Source: a virus
Taxonomy: Duplodnaviria > Caudoviricetes
Reading direction: 5' to 3' (one strand)
Length of the DNA stretch: 32,297 bases
Virus record (IMG/VR): IMGVR_UViG_3300029825_000758
Span: 1-32,297 of that record
Shown here: piece by piece, positions 8,073 through 16,865 of the stretch
How the letters are laid out: every line of letters begins with the position of its first letter
Numbering within the stretch: the stretch's first letter is position 1
The notes under the pieces: model-generated
Seen by the model: only the letters and a program-made list of their open reading frames with translations
Database searches by the model: none
What the model was told of the DNA's origin: nothing
Program-made: the position numbers and the translations under genes

Positions 8073-8605
8073 TAGTGTTTTACTTTTTCGTCTTCAAATG
8101 TCGACTGATTCGGATTGGGAGTCGATGAATTAAATATCAATGCTAATGGAGCGCCATTGCCCGAAACCGGATGTGATTGTAATTGATTTTTCAAAGCCTG
8201 AAGGTCATTGTAAACCTTTTTCATCCACTCAACCAGTTCTTTTATTTTAACCGAACCTCCATTTTCACCATCATTTATTATAATCCCGTTTTTATCCAGT
8301 TTAAATGATATTTCATCAACGTTTAAACGGATATCACTATAGCTATTTGCATATACTATAAACAGATTGCTATAGTCCCCAGATATAGAACCTACCAATA
8401 CATCACTTGCGATTTCGGGTGTCATTAAAAACGCGTTGTCTGTATCCTCTGTCGTGGGCTTCAATCGGACATCAGAAATAGAAAGGCCATCAGCTACCAC
8501 AGTGCAGGTATTGCCCTCAACGCTTTCAACTGTCGCAGGGAAAAATGCCTGTCCGTTTTGCTGAAAGCCTTTCATTAATTCTGATATCTGTCTATATTTA
8601 TCCAT
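8072..8605 (-). CDS. Baseplate spike (gpV/gp45-like)
   Basis: OB-fold-like N-terminus (ATVESVEGNTCTV...DVRL...PEIASDVLVG); C-terminal His; follows the hub gene. Confidence 0.7.
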   Translation of the reverse strand: MDKYRQISELMKGFQQNGQAFFPATVESVEGNTCTVVADGLSISDVRLKPTTEDTDNAFLMTPEIASDVLVGSISGDYSNLFIVYANSYSDIRLNVDEISFKLDKNGIIINDGENGGSVKIKELVEWMKKVYNDLQALKNQLQSHPVSGNGAPLALIFNSSTPNPNQSTFEDEKVKH

Positions 8606-9558
8606 TACCGGTAAGTTTACGCCCTAATTCCACTTTTCGCACGCCGCCGTTTTCGTCAAAAGTCGTAGTTACAGAAACCACATAATACGATCCCGTCTTA
8701 AACTCATATTCCGCATCGTGTATATGTGCCGAATAAGTAGGTTCCACATAAGGCACCAGCCAACCGGTAATACTACCTTCATATCCAGTGTATGAAAGGT
8801 ATTTTATTTCTTCTTGTCCACGTTTTTTCAAATCGCTTATAGACATGGGGGATTGTACTTTTACCGTACGCTTTTCGCCTCCAGTAACGCCGACATTTAC
8901 CGACTTTTTTTTTACCGTCAAGTCCTACACCTTCAACGACAACTTCGAACTTCCGATCATCGGAGTTACGATATTTCAGATCAGAAGATTCGATATTGAC
9001 AGCAAAATCATAATTAACGTCTCCACCTTTTTCTACGTATGCAGGATGAATATTCAGTTCTGCCCCCTTCATGTAGATATTCGCTTTTGTTTCATCCTGA
9101 ATTTTTTTCAATACGTCATAAGCATTTGCACTTTTGATTATAAACTTTTCATAAGTAATATCATACGTACAATTCAGTTCCGATAGACCTATTTCAGAAA
9201 GGCAATATTGCGCAATAGCTTTCACTGTTGTTTTATTGAACTGTTTATCTTTTACCGGCTTACGTGTCTCATAAATTCCATCTTCACAATTAAATATCAA
9301 ACTACTATCATCTGTGTCAATACGCTGTAAAAAGCCGGTAAATTCTGTGACCAGGTTATCATCATAACCCAGTTTTATTGTAACCTTATCACCAATCTTT
9401 ACTTTTTCTTCCACGTCTAACGATTGGTTGTATACCACACCCGGAACGACAATAACCGCCGTATCTGCCAATAAGTCGACAGATTTATGTATTTCCGCCG
9501 ACTCCAATAATGCAAGTCGGTAATTACCTATAACTATGTCGTAAACCATGTTAAACAT
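8598..9558 (-). pseudogene. Baseplate hub (late control D/gp44-like), frameshifted at an A9 tract
   Basis: ORF 8779..9558 carries the N-terminal part and 8598..8921 the C-terminal part (GYEGSITGWLVP...GSYYVVSVTTTF..GGVRKVELG). Deleting one A at 8905-8913 gives one 319-aa ORF. Confidence 0.85.
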
Positions 9559-10060
9559 TTTTCACTTCAATAAATAGTTCAAATAAATCATCGGAAAATG
9601 CATCAATGGAAAAGTTTTGTATGTTTTCGCCTTTCGAAAAAGGGAACGAATAATTTTCGATAACTATCTGGTGTATATCCAGCATAGCGAGCAATTCGTT
9701 TTTTACATTTAAAGCCCTTTTTTGCTTTACGTAATACATGAATTTTTGCACGTCGTTTTCTGGATAAATATTCAAATCCGGATGCACAAATTTCCCCTGA
9801 ATATTAATAGAGAAATCATCCTGAGCCCAACGTTCTTTTACGGTACCCCGTCTTTCCGATTTGGAAACATTCCGTTTGATTATCACATTTTTTCCGGTAA
9901 TGGAAATAAGCGGTTCAATAGGAAACATCCATTCCGGATTTTCTTTAATACCTATCCACAACGGGAGCACCATCGATACCGGCTGACCTGATTGTATGAG
10001 GTTGCTTGCATCGCGCACGGTGATATTATTATTCTTTGTGAATATTGTATTAAAATTCAT
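9551..10060 (-). CDS. Tail tube initiator-like protein (DUF6046-like)
   Basis: EPLISITGKNVIIKR...GTVKERWAQDDFSINIQG motif; lies between tape measure and hub. Confidence 0.75.
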   Translation of the reverse strand: MNFNTIFTKNNNITVRDASNLIQSGQPVSMVLPLWIGIKENPEWMFPIEPLISITGKNVIIKRNVSKSERRGTVKERWAQDDFSINIQGKFVHPDLNIYPENDVQKFMYYVKQKRALNVKNELLAMLDIHQIVIENYSFPFSKGENIQNFSIDAFSDDLFELFIEVKNV

Positions 10061-10063
10061 AAT

Positions 10064-11854
10064 CTAAATAGTTTGTCCCTGTGCCATTGATAATATTCGC
10101 GTCAGTTCATCTAAGAGTACATCACGCATATTTTCCGCACTTTCCCTAAATCCGCTTTTGTTTATATTAATCGAGCCGACCAATTCACCGAGATTAATGG
10201 TGATATGTGTCGTCTTGGTTCCACCGGTAGCGATACTTTTCGCCGTTTCTTTGCCAACGCCGGTACCTGTTCCCGATCCGTTTACGCCCGTACCTGTTCC
10301 GCTACCAGTTCCTGCAACGGGCGATTGAGTACCAGGGATAGCCGGTTGAGAAATTCCAATTTTCGCCATTTTGTCGGAAACCCAACCGATGGGATCGAAA
10401 CGGTTTCCATTTTCAACCCCGGATTGATAGCCTTTCGACCATGTTTCTCCCACCTTCTTTCCATTCTCAATAGCCGACATCATCGTCCCGCCCCCCATGA
10501 ACCCCTGAACATAACCGGATGCCGCCTGCTTGGCGCCGTCTTTCACGCTATCCCAGTCTAACGAAAAAATGCCTTTGATGATTTTACCGAGCCCATCAAA
10601 TGTATCAACCAGGCCCTTTACCGTATTGATTACGGAATCCTTCAGAAATTTCACAAACAGCTTGAATGTTTCCCACACTCCGGTCACCACGCCCCGAAAG
10701 CCATCGAATTTATTCCAAGCCAACGTGATTATGGCTACCAATCCCGCAATAGCCCCTACAATCAATCCTACAGGATTAGCGTTAAGAGCGACTGTTAAAA
10801 GCCACTGCGAGGCCGTCCAAAGGTTCGTTGCATTACGCACTGCAAAAACAATGATTTCGAAAGCCGCCAACGCGCCTTTAATTCCGGTAATTATTGCCTG
10901 TACACCTGCAAGTCCTAACATTGCGACTTTGTAGCCGATAGCTGCGCTCGCTGCGGTAATGATAATCCCCGTTATGACCGGGAAATCTGATGTTATTTTA
11001 TCCGTTAGCCGTTGTATGGTACCAATGGGATCGTCTAAAAATCGGTTGAATTTTTCCAATGCCGGCAGAATTATCGGCTGCAAGACATTATTATACAGAT
11101 TCAACATCTTTTCATTGATATTATCCATTGCCATAGCCCATTGCCCGGACACGGTATTGTTAATCCTGTCAATCATCCCGTGATACAAACCGCCTTCTTC
11201 GGTTGCCTTCTGAAAGGCTTGGGTAACCATATCAGCCGATATGGCTCCTTTGGACATATCATCTCTCAATTGGGAGATGCTTTTACCGGTCGTCTGCGAT
11301 ATTTTATTCAATGGGTTAAAGCCCGAATTAATCATTTGCAACAAGTCATTGCCGGTAAGTTTACCCGTTGATGACATTTGAGAAAAAGCCAATGTCATTA
11401 GCTTCATTTTATCACGATTACCCATTGTGATATCCCCGATGGCCTTTAAATTCGGCATGATTTTATCCTGGGCAATCCCGAAACCGGCCATCGTCTGCAC
11501 AGCTTCGCTTAATTCCGCCTTCCCATAAGGGGATTTTGCCGCATAGTTCGAAATATCATCGATCATACGCTTGGCATTATCGGCACCCCCGAAAAGGACT
11601 TCGAAGGAAGTATTTCGTATTTCCTGTTCCATCCCATTCCGGATTGTTTTGCCGATGAATGCTCCCACACCTAACGCGGCAGCCACCCCTTTCAGCTTTG
11701 TGATGATACCGCCTAAATCGACCTTATTCAAGCTTTCGACTTCGTTTTTCAATCCACGCACATTCGACCGGGACGCGCCTGATGACGCGCCGATTTTATC
11801 CAGCATTGTTATCGCATTGCCGTTGATGTTGAGTATGTATTGTAAAACATTCAT
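10064..11854 (-). CDS. Tail tape measure protein
   Basis: Tape-measure domain (AFSQMSSTGKLTGNDLLQMINSGFNP), ALNANPVG hydrophobic segment, W/F periodic repeats. Confidence 0.95.
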   Translation of the reverse strand: MNVLQYILNINGNAITMLDKIGASSGASRSNVRGLKNEVESLNKVDLGGIITKLKGVAAALGVGAFIGKTIRNGMEQEIRNTSFEVLFGGADNAKRMIDDISNYAAKSPYGKAELSEAVQTMAGFGIAQDKIMPNLKAIGDITMGNRDKMKLMTLAFSQMSSTGKLTGNDLLQMINSGFNPLNKISQTTGKSISQLRDDMSKGAISADMVTQAFQKATEEGGLYHGMIDRINNTVSGQWAMAMDNINEKMLNLYNNVLQPIILPALEKFNRFLDDPIGTIQRLTDKITSDFPVITGIIITAASAAIGYKVAMLGLAGVQAIITGIKGALAAFEIIVFAVRNATNLWTASQWLLTVALNANPVGLIVGAIAGLVAIITLAWNKFDGFRGVVTGVWETFKLFVKFLKDSVINTVKGLVDTFDGLGKIIKGIFSLDWDSVKDGAKQAASGYVQGFMGGGTMMSAIENGKKVGETWSKGYQSGVENGNRFDPIGWVSDKMAKIGISQPAIPGTQSPVAGTGSGTGTGVNGSGTGTGVGKETAKSIATGGTKTTHITINLGELVGSININKSGFRESAENMRDVLLDELTRILSMAQGQTI

Positions 11855-11979
11855 CGTTTTTTAGCTTCTTGTGATCTGATCCAGTTTAGTGTTTCTGCGT
11901 AGGCTGCCCACTCTTCATCCGTCAGCCCATCGGGATCGGAAATATGCAGATAGTACCGAAGTTGCGTATTAATAAGCAT
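11851..11979 (-). CDS. Tail assembly chaperone downstream ORF (gpT-like), not in the supplied track
   Basis: Manual translation MLINTQLRYYLHISDPDGLTDEEWAAYAETLNWIRSQEAKKR*; ATGA overlap with tape measure; the frame is open upstream to about 12036, in the -1 frame of the chaperone. Confidence 0.75.
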   Translation of the reverse strand: MLINTQLRYYLHISDPDGLTDEEWAAYAETLNWIRSQEAKKR

Positions 11980-12011
11980 GATCCCATTTTGAGCAGCATT
12001 TTTGGCTGACT

Positions 12012-12314
12012 TTAGAGCTTTGTTATTTCGGCCTCCTTAATCTGAACGATTTCTGCCAGCTTGGCAGAAACGCCGAAGAACTTTTCGTCATCGGTTTTGA
12101 TGCTTTCATCGCCTCCGAGCCAACAGTTCTGTAACAAAGCCTCATTCGCCCTAATCGGATTATTTCCGAGCGTGGCCACATACGACATCGTTTTCCTATC
12201 CGGCTTTTTCAGGTAACATACGGAGTCACCGACTTCCACCTTAAAGATATCACCCTGCTTTTTCTTCCACTCTTCGATTTGCCCGGCCGTAGCCTGTCCT
12301 CTTAATTCTTCCAT
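12012..12314 (-). CDS. Tail assembly chaperone
   Basis: 100-aa ORF between tube and tape measure; YLKKPDR and NCWLGGDE motifs. Confidence 0.8.
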   Translation of the reverse strand: MEELRGQATAGQIEEWKKKQGDIFKVEVGDSVCYLKKPDRKTMSYVATLGNNPIRANEALLQNCWLGGDESIKTDDEKFFGVSAKLAEIVQIKEAEITKL

Positions 12315-12325
12315 TTTGAACTATT

Positions 12326-12763
12326 TTAAGCGTTTTTGATGTCCAATGCCAGAAAAGGCATTGCAATTTCCATAAACTTATCACCCTGAGCCATTCCCTT
12401 TTCGTACTCGGTGAATTCTGCCCCGATAATTATATCTGTTGAAATAGCAGAAGAAGCGACTGATGTTGCATTCATTTCCGCTCCGTACGAAACAATAATA
12501 TCGACCTTTGTCGTTAGCACGTTTCCGCCGGTTGCCGCTTCAATGGCTTCAAACTGACTTTGGGTAAATGTAATGTTACCCGTTATTAATTCGTTACCGC
12601 TCTGAATGCTGTGCGCTTTGCGGCCTTTTGCAAACATGGCTTCTTTTTCACACTCACGTTTATAAGAGACGGCACGGAACCCCACAATAGGCACACTACC
12701 CACAATAAGGCTGATATCCGCCCATTCGTATTCACGTCCGTTGATTAGATATACGTCTTTCAT
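12326..12763 (-). CDS. Tail tube protein
   Basis: INGREYEWADI N-terminus, 145 aa, directly after the sheath gene. Confidence 0.85.
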   Translation of the reverse strand: MKDVYLINGREYEWADISLIVGSVPIVGFRAVSYKRECEKEAMFAKGRKAHSIQSGNELITGNITFTQSQFEAIEAATGGNVLTTKVDIIVSYGAEMNATSVASSAISTDIIIGAEFTEYEKGMAQGDKFMEIAMPFLALDIKNA

Positions 12764-12764
12764 T

Positions 12765-13958
12765 TTAATTTTCGTTTACAGTGAAACCCAATAATACGTT
12801 GATATAACGTGCGTATCCGAAAGGACGGACACGTATTTCCACATTAATAGTGCTGGTAGCCAATACATCTTGTACCGGATCAATATACACCACTACACCA
12901 TTGTCGCCATTTTCGTCTGACAACTCGTTACCCGCGGTCATGTTGGATGCAATTGCATTAGTAATGACCTGCTTCCAGGATGCAATTACAGGTTGGAGCA
13001 TGGTACCGTCTGACTTTACCTGTACTTTGTCCAACAATTGCTGAACCAAAACGGCATAAGCAATACGCGCCGCTTTGTCGATAGTCCTGACAGCTGTCAG
13101 ATGGTTATAATCATCCGTTTCTTTCGTGGCCATTAAATCATCGGCGATGTAATAGCCGGCGATTCCGGTAAATGTCCTGAAGGTAATGTAGGATTTGTTG
13201 TAGATGGCTTCCATGTCGGCCATTTCAATTTGATTGTTTCCTGCAAAAATCTTTAATACATTCAACTCACCATCTGACACACGACCGATATTTTGCTCGA
13301 CACTAACCGATGCGATTCGGCCGGCAACCAAACCGACCGCCTGGTTCGCCGATCCCGCGGAAGTCGATCCGATAACAACGGCAGCCCGATAATAGGAATT
13401 CGCTTTCAAGTCTTTCAGTTCCGTCGCGTTTCCGCTAAAGTTCAGTCCGTCAAGAATGACAAATACCGGCGCATATTTCGCCGCACGCGCCCATTCGCCA
13501 AGTTCATGTGCGTTCAATAAGGCTTGCGGGATATCGCTATCCAATCCATCGGTAACAACGGGATTAGCCCCCGGCACGGATGTAACCACCACCCCCCGCA
13601 ACTCGCCATTCGTCGTTTCAATCACGCTTCGCAAATAAGGATTCTCCTTATCGAGCACATCCGACATTTTGAGAGTTTCGGGATACCCGACGATATACAC
13701 TTGTGTTCCTTCTTGTGCTTCCGCATAGAATTCTTTCACGGTTTGATACAACAGCGGGTTATTATCATCCGTAACGCCCAGTGTTGCCAAATCCGACAGT
13801 TTTCGAACACTGTATAGCTTTGCAAGTGAAAACATGTCTGCAACGGCTACAGCCCCGCAAACGGCCAGACATAGCAGCCCATCCGCGCTGGAGATAGTTT
13901 GCCCCAACGCACCGTTGCCATAGTCTATTGTTACTTTAGGTAATCCGTTCAGTGCCAT
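12765..13958 (-). CDS. Tail sheath protein (DUF2586-like)
   Basis: RTIDKAAR...IDPVQDVLATSTINVEIRVRPFGYARYINVLLGF sheath-type C-terminus. Confidence 0.9.
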   Translation of the reverse strand: MALNGLPKVTIDYGNGALGQTISSADGLLCLAVCGAVAVADMFSLAKLYSVRKLSDLATLGVTDDNNPLLYQTVKEFYAEAQEGTQVYIVGYPETLKMSDVLDKENPYLRSVIETTNGELRGVVVTSVPGANPVVTDGLDSDIPQALLNAHELGEWARAAKYAPVFVILDGLNFSGNATELKDLKANSYYRAAVVIGSTSAGSANQAVGLVAGRIASVSVEQNIGRVSDGELNVLKIFAGNNQIEMADMEAIYNKSYITFRTFTGIAGYYIADDLMATKETDDYNHLTAVRTIDKAARIAYAVLVQQLLDKVQVKSDGTMLQPVIASWKQVITNAIASNMTAGNELSDENGDNGVVVYIDPVQDVLATSTINVEIRVRPFGYARYINVLLGFTVNEN

Positions 13959-13959
13959 T

Positions 13960-14412
13960 TTATTTCCGGTTAATGGTTACGATTGTATCATTCTTCAGTG
14001 TATTGGAGCCATGCCTAAAGGCGTCGCTTTTACTAAAGAACGGGATCAAATCAGCCGTGAAGTGCAAAATTTTGCATTGCGGATTCTTATCAAATACATC
14101 CTTTGCGATCCGGTTTCTATTTTCGGTTGTTTCGACCGGCTCACCGAGGATTAACGTATCAACATCGTCACTCCCTTTTTGGCCAATTTCTTCTTGTGAT
14201 GGTTCAGTATCCAGTTCGGGATCCCCTTCACCATCCGTTTGCTCACTATCACCCTGTCCTGACTCAATTTGATGTGTTTCTTCATTGACTTCAGGTTGCG
14301 TCGTCGCTGTCTGCGCGATATCGGTGTTTGCTGTTGTTTCCTGTACAGGTTGAACATCAACCTGAGGCTGTTCAACTGACTCTTCATTTGTTTTAACATT
14401 TCTCTTTGCCAT
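13960..14412 (-). CDS. Hypothetical protein with acidic disordered N-terminus
   Basis: Co-oriented ORF between capsid and sheath; E/Q/T/D-rich first ~95 aa and a compact C-terminal domain. Confidence 0.75.
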   Translation of the reverse strand: MAKRNVKTNEESVEQPQVDVQPVQETTANTDIAQTATTQPEVNEETHQIESGQGDSEQTDGEGDPELDTEPSQEEIGQKGSDDVDTLILGEPVETTENRNRIAKDVFDKNPQCKILHFTADLIPFFSKSDAFRHGSNTLKNDTIVTINRK

Positions 14413-14426
14413 ATTTGTTTAATTTG

Positions 14427-14466
14427 AAAAACAGGCTTCAAAACCGGGGCCTCGAAGCCTGTTTTT
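14427..14466 (-). terminator. Hairpin/terminator after the major capsid gene
   Basis: Perfect 13-bp inverted repeat AAAAACAGGCTTC (14427-14439) / GAAGCCTGTTTTT (14454-14466). Confidence 0.75.
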
Positions 14467-14487
14467 AATGATTATGAAAAAAGTAAT

Positions 14488-15342
14488 TTATGCTTTATCG
14501 CTGTATACTGCGCCATAACCGAATGCCCGGAAAGGAAGCGCTACAAAACGCATTTGAAAGCCAAGCAGCCAACCACGGTAATCGGACCAACGCTTTTCAG
14601 GCTCTCCTTCGATATCCCCCATTGCACGCATGGCTTCACTCGTCACGATAGCGACCGATGACGGATTTCCGGTAGCCGATCCGTAGGGCATCTTTGTCCC
14701 ATCCGTAGCATTGTATTTGGGATTTCCGGTGAACGTGTAGATTTTAAAACCGTCGATTTCCTTATCGGTCATCATTTGTTTGTACAGTTTAATGTTCTCA
14801 TTCTTCAAGTCCTTCTTGTGTTGCGGACAAAGAAGCAGTATACGTCCTTCCTGTGGCAGGTCACCATTATCGAAAGCCAGTGACAAATCGGTGATATCGT
14901 TATAAGTTAAAGCTTTGTAACCGCTGCTATTCGCGGCACCGGTTGTCTTTAATACCGGTGTGTTTGCCGTATGAGAGGCGGGCGATATATTGAATGCCGC
15001 CGAGGTACACGCTTTTTTGTATAATGTATTGGCATGTTGCCGGGAAACGGATTCCGCTTTGTTATACTGGGTCTCCATTTCTTCTACGTTCGTTATATGC
15101 ACCGGCTCAGTGTCGAAGGTCGCCAATGGAATCCTGATCCCCGTATCGGTTCGTTGCGACGGCGTCAGCGGCCATGTGTTATTGTTTTCCACGACTTCGG
15201 GATCGGCCCCGCACTGAGATAGGTTGATTGCATTATTATCAACCATGTGATCCATACTGGTCAGTTCTTTCAACCAGGAAGCATCCGGATAGAACAACGA
15301 CAGTATGATGTTTGTAAAAATTTCTTTAAATACTCCAGCCAT
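14488..15342 (-). CDS. Major capsid protein
   Basis: 284 aa directly after protease/scaffold; DLPQEGRILLLCP...IDGFKIY HK97-fold-like motifs; followed by a hairpin. Confidence 0.85.
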   Translation of the reverse strand: MAGVFKEIFTNIILSLFYPDASWLKELTSMDHMVDNNAINLSQCGADPEVVENNNTWPLTPSQRTDTGIRIPLATFDTEPVHITNVEEMETQYNKAESVSRQHANTLYKKACTSAAFNISPASHTANTPVLKTTGAANSSGYKALTYNDITDLSLAFDNGDLPQEGRILLLCPQHKKDLKNENIKLYKQMMTDKEIDGFKIYTFTGNPKYNATDGTKMPYGSATGNPSSVAIVTSEAMRAMGDIEGEPEKRWSDYRGWLLGFQMRFVALPFRAFGYGAVYSDKA

Positions 15343-15350
15343 TTTGTTTG

Positions 15351-16262
15351 TTACTTTTTAATTGTTAGTTGTAATCTTTCGAACTCTTTTGGGTTTTCAG
15401 CGCGAAGCTTTTCAAGCCCGGCGGAATCTTCCTTCATCCATTTCAGGTAATCCCAGTTTTCACGCCCTGCCGTAATGCTTGATTTGTTCACCTTGTCAGC
15501 CAACGTTTCCGTTGCTGTTTCCGCTTTCGCGTCAATCATTGTTTTCACGTCCTCAAAGCATCCTTTTTCAGCCATTTTCTCAAACGACAAACGTTCTACT
15601 GCTGAAATTTTGCCGGCTTTCTCAGCATTGTTCAGGTAATCGGTTTGCGATTGTTTTTCAACAGCCTTTAAATCAGCTTTAAGTTTTTCGATTTCTTTGT
15701 CCTTTTCCGCTACAGCCAGTTCCACGTCTTTCGGCGTGTAATCGGCTTCCAGTCCAAGAATTTCCACTGTCTTATGGGACAGTCTAAAAACTACTTCTGC
15801 CATTTCATTTGATTTTTGTTTGTTATTATTAAAATTGAAGTTTACTTTCACCTGGTCGAATGACAACTCTTCCAGTTTTTCGTTATACAGCCTGATAGCG
15901 CCTGCATCAGAAGGAATGGGTACGATACTGGCCTCCATCAGTTCGCTTTCAACCAAGACGAATTCATCATTTATATACTCAAGCCGTAGAGGCATAATAC
16001 CAATAGAAGCCGCACGAAGGAAGTTTTTATCCACTTTCCGCGCCACTTCTTTTCCCTGAGGATCATCTAAATCGAAAACAGGTGTTGCCATAAGCTTGTC
16101 ATCTTCGATACGTATATTTTCCCACCTGCCGATCACCTTACCGGTATCGTGATCAAAAAGCATCACCGGATTAGCTTTAAACCTTTCGAGCAAAATGCCC
16201 AGGACGTTAGTCCGGTAACCTTTCGTATTTGTACTTTTCCCGTCTGAGAGTATAAAATCCAT
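15351..16262 (-). CDS. Prohead protease (HK97 family) fused to scaffold
   Basis: NPVMLFDHD...IGRW...LRAASIG...ELMEASIVPIPSD protease motifs, followed by a charged helical C-terminal half. Confidence 0.9.
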   Translation of the reverse strand: MDFILSDGKSTNTKGYRTNVLGILLERFKANPVMLFDHDTGKVIGRWENIRIEDDKLMATPVFDLDDPQGKEVARKVDKNFLRAASIGIMPLRLEYINDEFVLVESELMEASIVPIPSDAGAIRLYNEKLEELSFDQVKVNFNFNNNKQKSNEMAEVVFRLSHKTVEILGLEADYTPKDVELAVAEKDKEIEKLKADLKAVEKQSQTDYLNNAEKAGKISAVERLSFEKMAEKGCFEDVKTMIDAKAETATETLADKVNKSSITAGRENWDYLKWMKEDSAGLEKLRAENPKEFERLQLTIKK

Positions 16263-16303
16263 TATCTTTTATTTTGAATTTTCGCTAAAACTAATTGCGA
16301 AGG

Positions 16304-16392
16304 CAAAGTTGGGAATACGGCAATAGTTCACAAAAAAACACTGACATAATGTCATTCTTTTTTTAATATGTAATAGTAAATAAGCACTTTTG
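16304..16392. promoter_or_regulatory. Divergent late promoters with a central dyad (putative activator site)
   Basis: CAACTTTG on minus (16311-16304) and CACTTTTG on plus (16385-16392), each starting 37 bp from the centre (16348) of TGACAT-A-ATGTCA. Confidence 0.7.
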
Positions 16393-16414
16393 CAGTGATT
16401 TTAAAACTGTCAAT

Positions 16415-16864
16415 ATGGCAAAAGAATTGAATAGAGAAGCAAAAAAGAAACTGGCGAAAGAGCTTTTCCTTACCGGTAAGCACCAACAAAAGGAAATCGC
16501 CCGGATGGTGGGGGTTTCGGAAAATACGATTGGCCGGTGGGTGAAGGATGAAAAATGGGAGTATCTGCGCGCCAACCTCACAACCACGAAGGAAAATATA
16601 CTTTCCAACTGGTATGCTCAACTGGCGGAGATGAACAGAACTATCGCAGAAAGAGATGAAGGAAACCGTTATCCGACATCTTCGGAATCCGACCGTATGA
16701 TTAAAATATCCGCAGCAATCAAGAAACTCGAAACGGAAACCGGCATCTCTGAAATTTCAAGCGTTTGTTCCGGATTATGCGAATTTGTACGGCAGTATGA
16801 TTTGCAAAAGGCACAGGAAATTAGCGATCATTTTCAAGCCTATATCGAAAGTAAAATGAGATAA
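16415..16864 (+). CDS. Terminase small subunit-like HTH protein (DUF1804/Mu gp27-like)
   Basis: HTH QKEIARMVGVSENTIGRWV; immediately upstream of TerL. Confidence 0.8.
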   Translation: MAKELNREAKKKLAKELFLTGKHQQKEIARMVGVSENTIGRWVKDEKWEYLRANLTTTKENILSNWYAQLAEMNRTIAERDEGNRYPTSSESDRMIKISAAIKKLETETGISEISSVCSGLCEFVRQYDLQKAQEISDHFQAYIESKMR

Positions 16865-16865
16865 T

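Noticed and set aside
10255-10320. GTACCTGTTCC repeats
   Set aside because: Encode a Gly-Thr linker in the tape measure protein; only two copies, not CRISPR or iterons
10205-11864. Several plus-strand ORFs within the tape measure gene
   Set aside because: Antisense shadows caused by codon bias; no start context or motifs
16352-16621. Minus-strand ORFs of 81 and 89 aa across the promoter and TerS
   Set aside because: Antisense to TerS; the hydrophobicity simply mirrors A-rich sense codons
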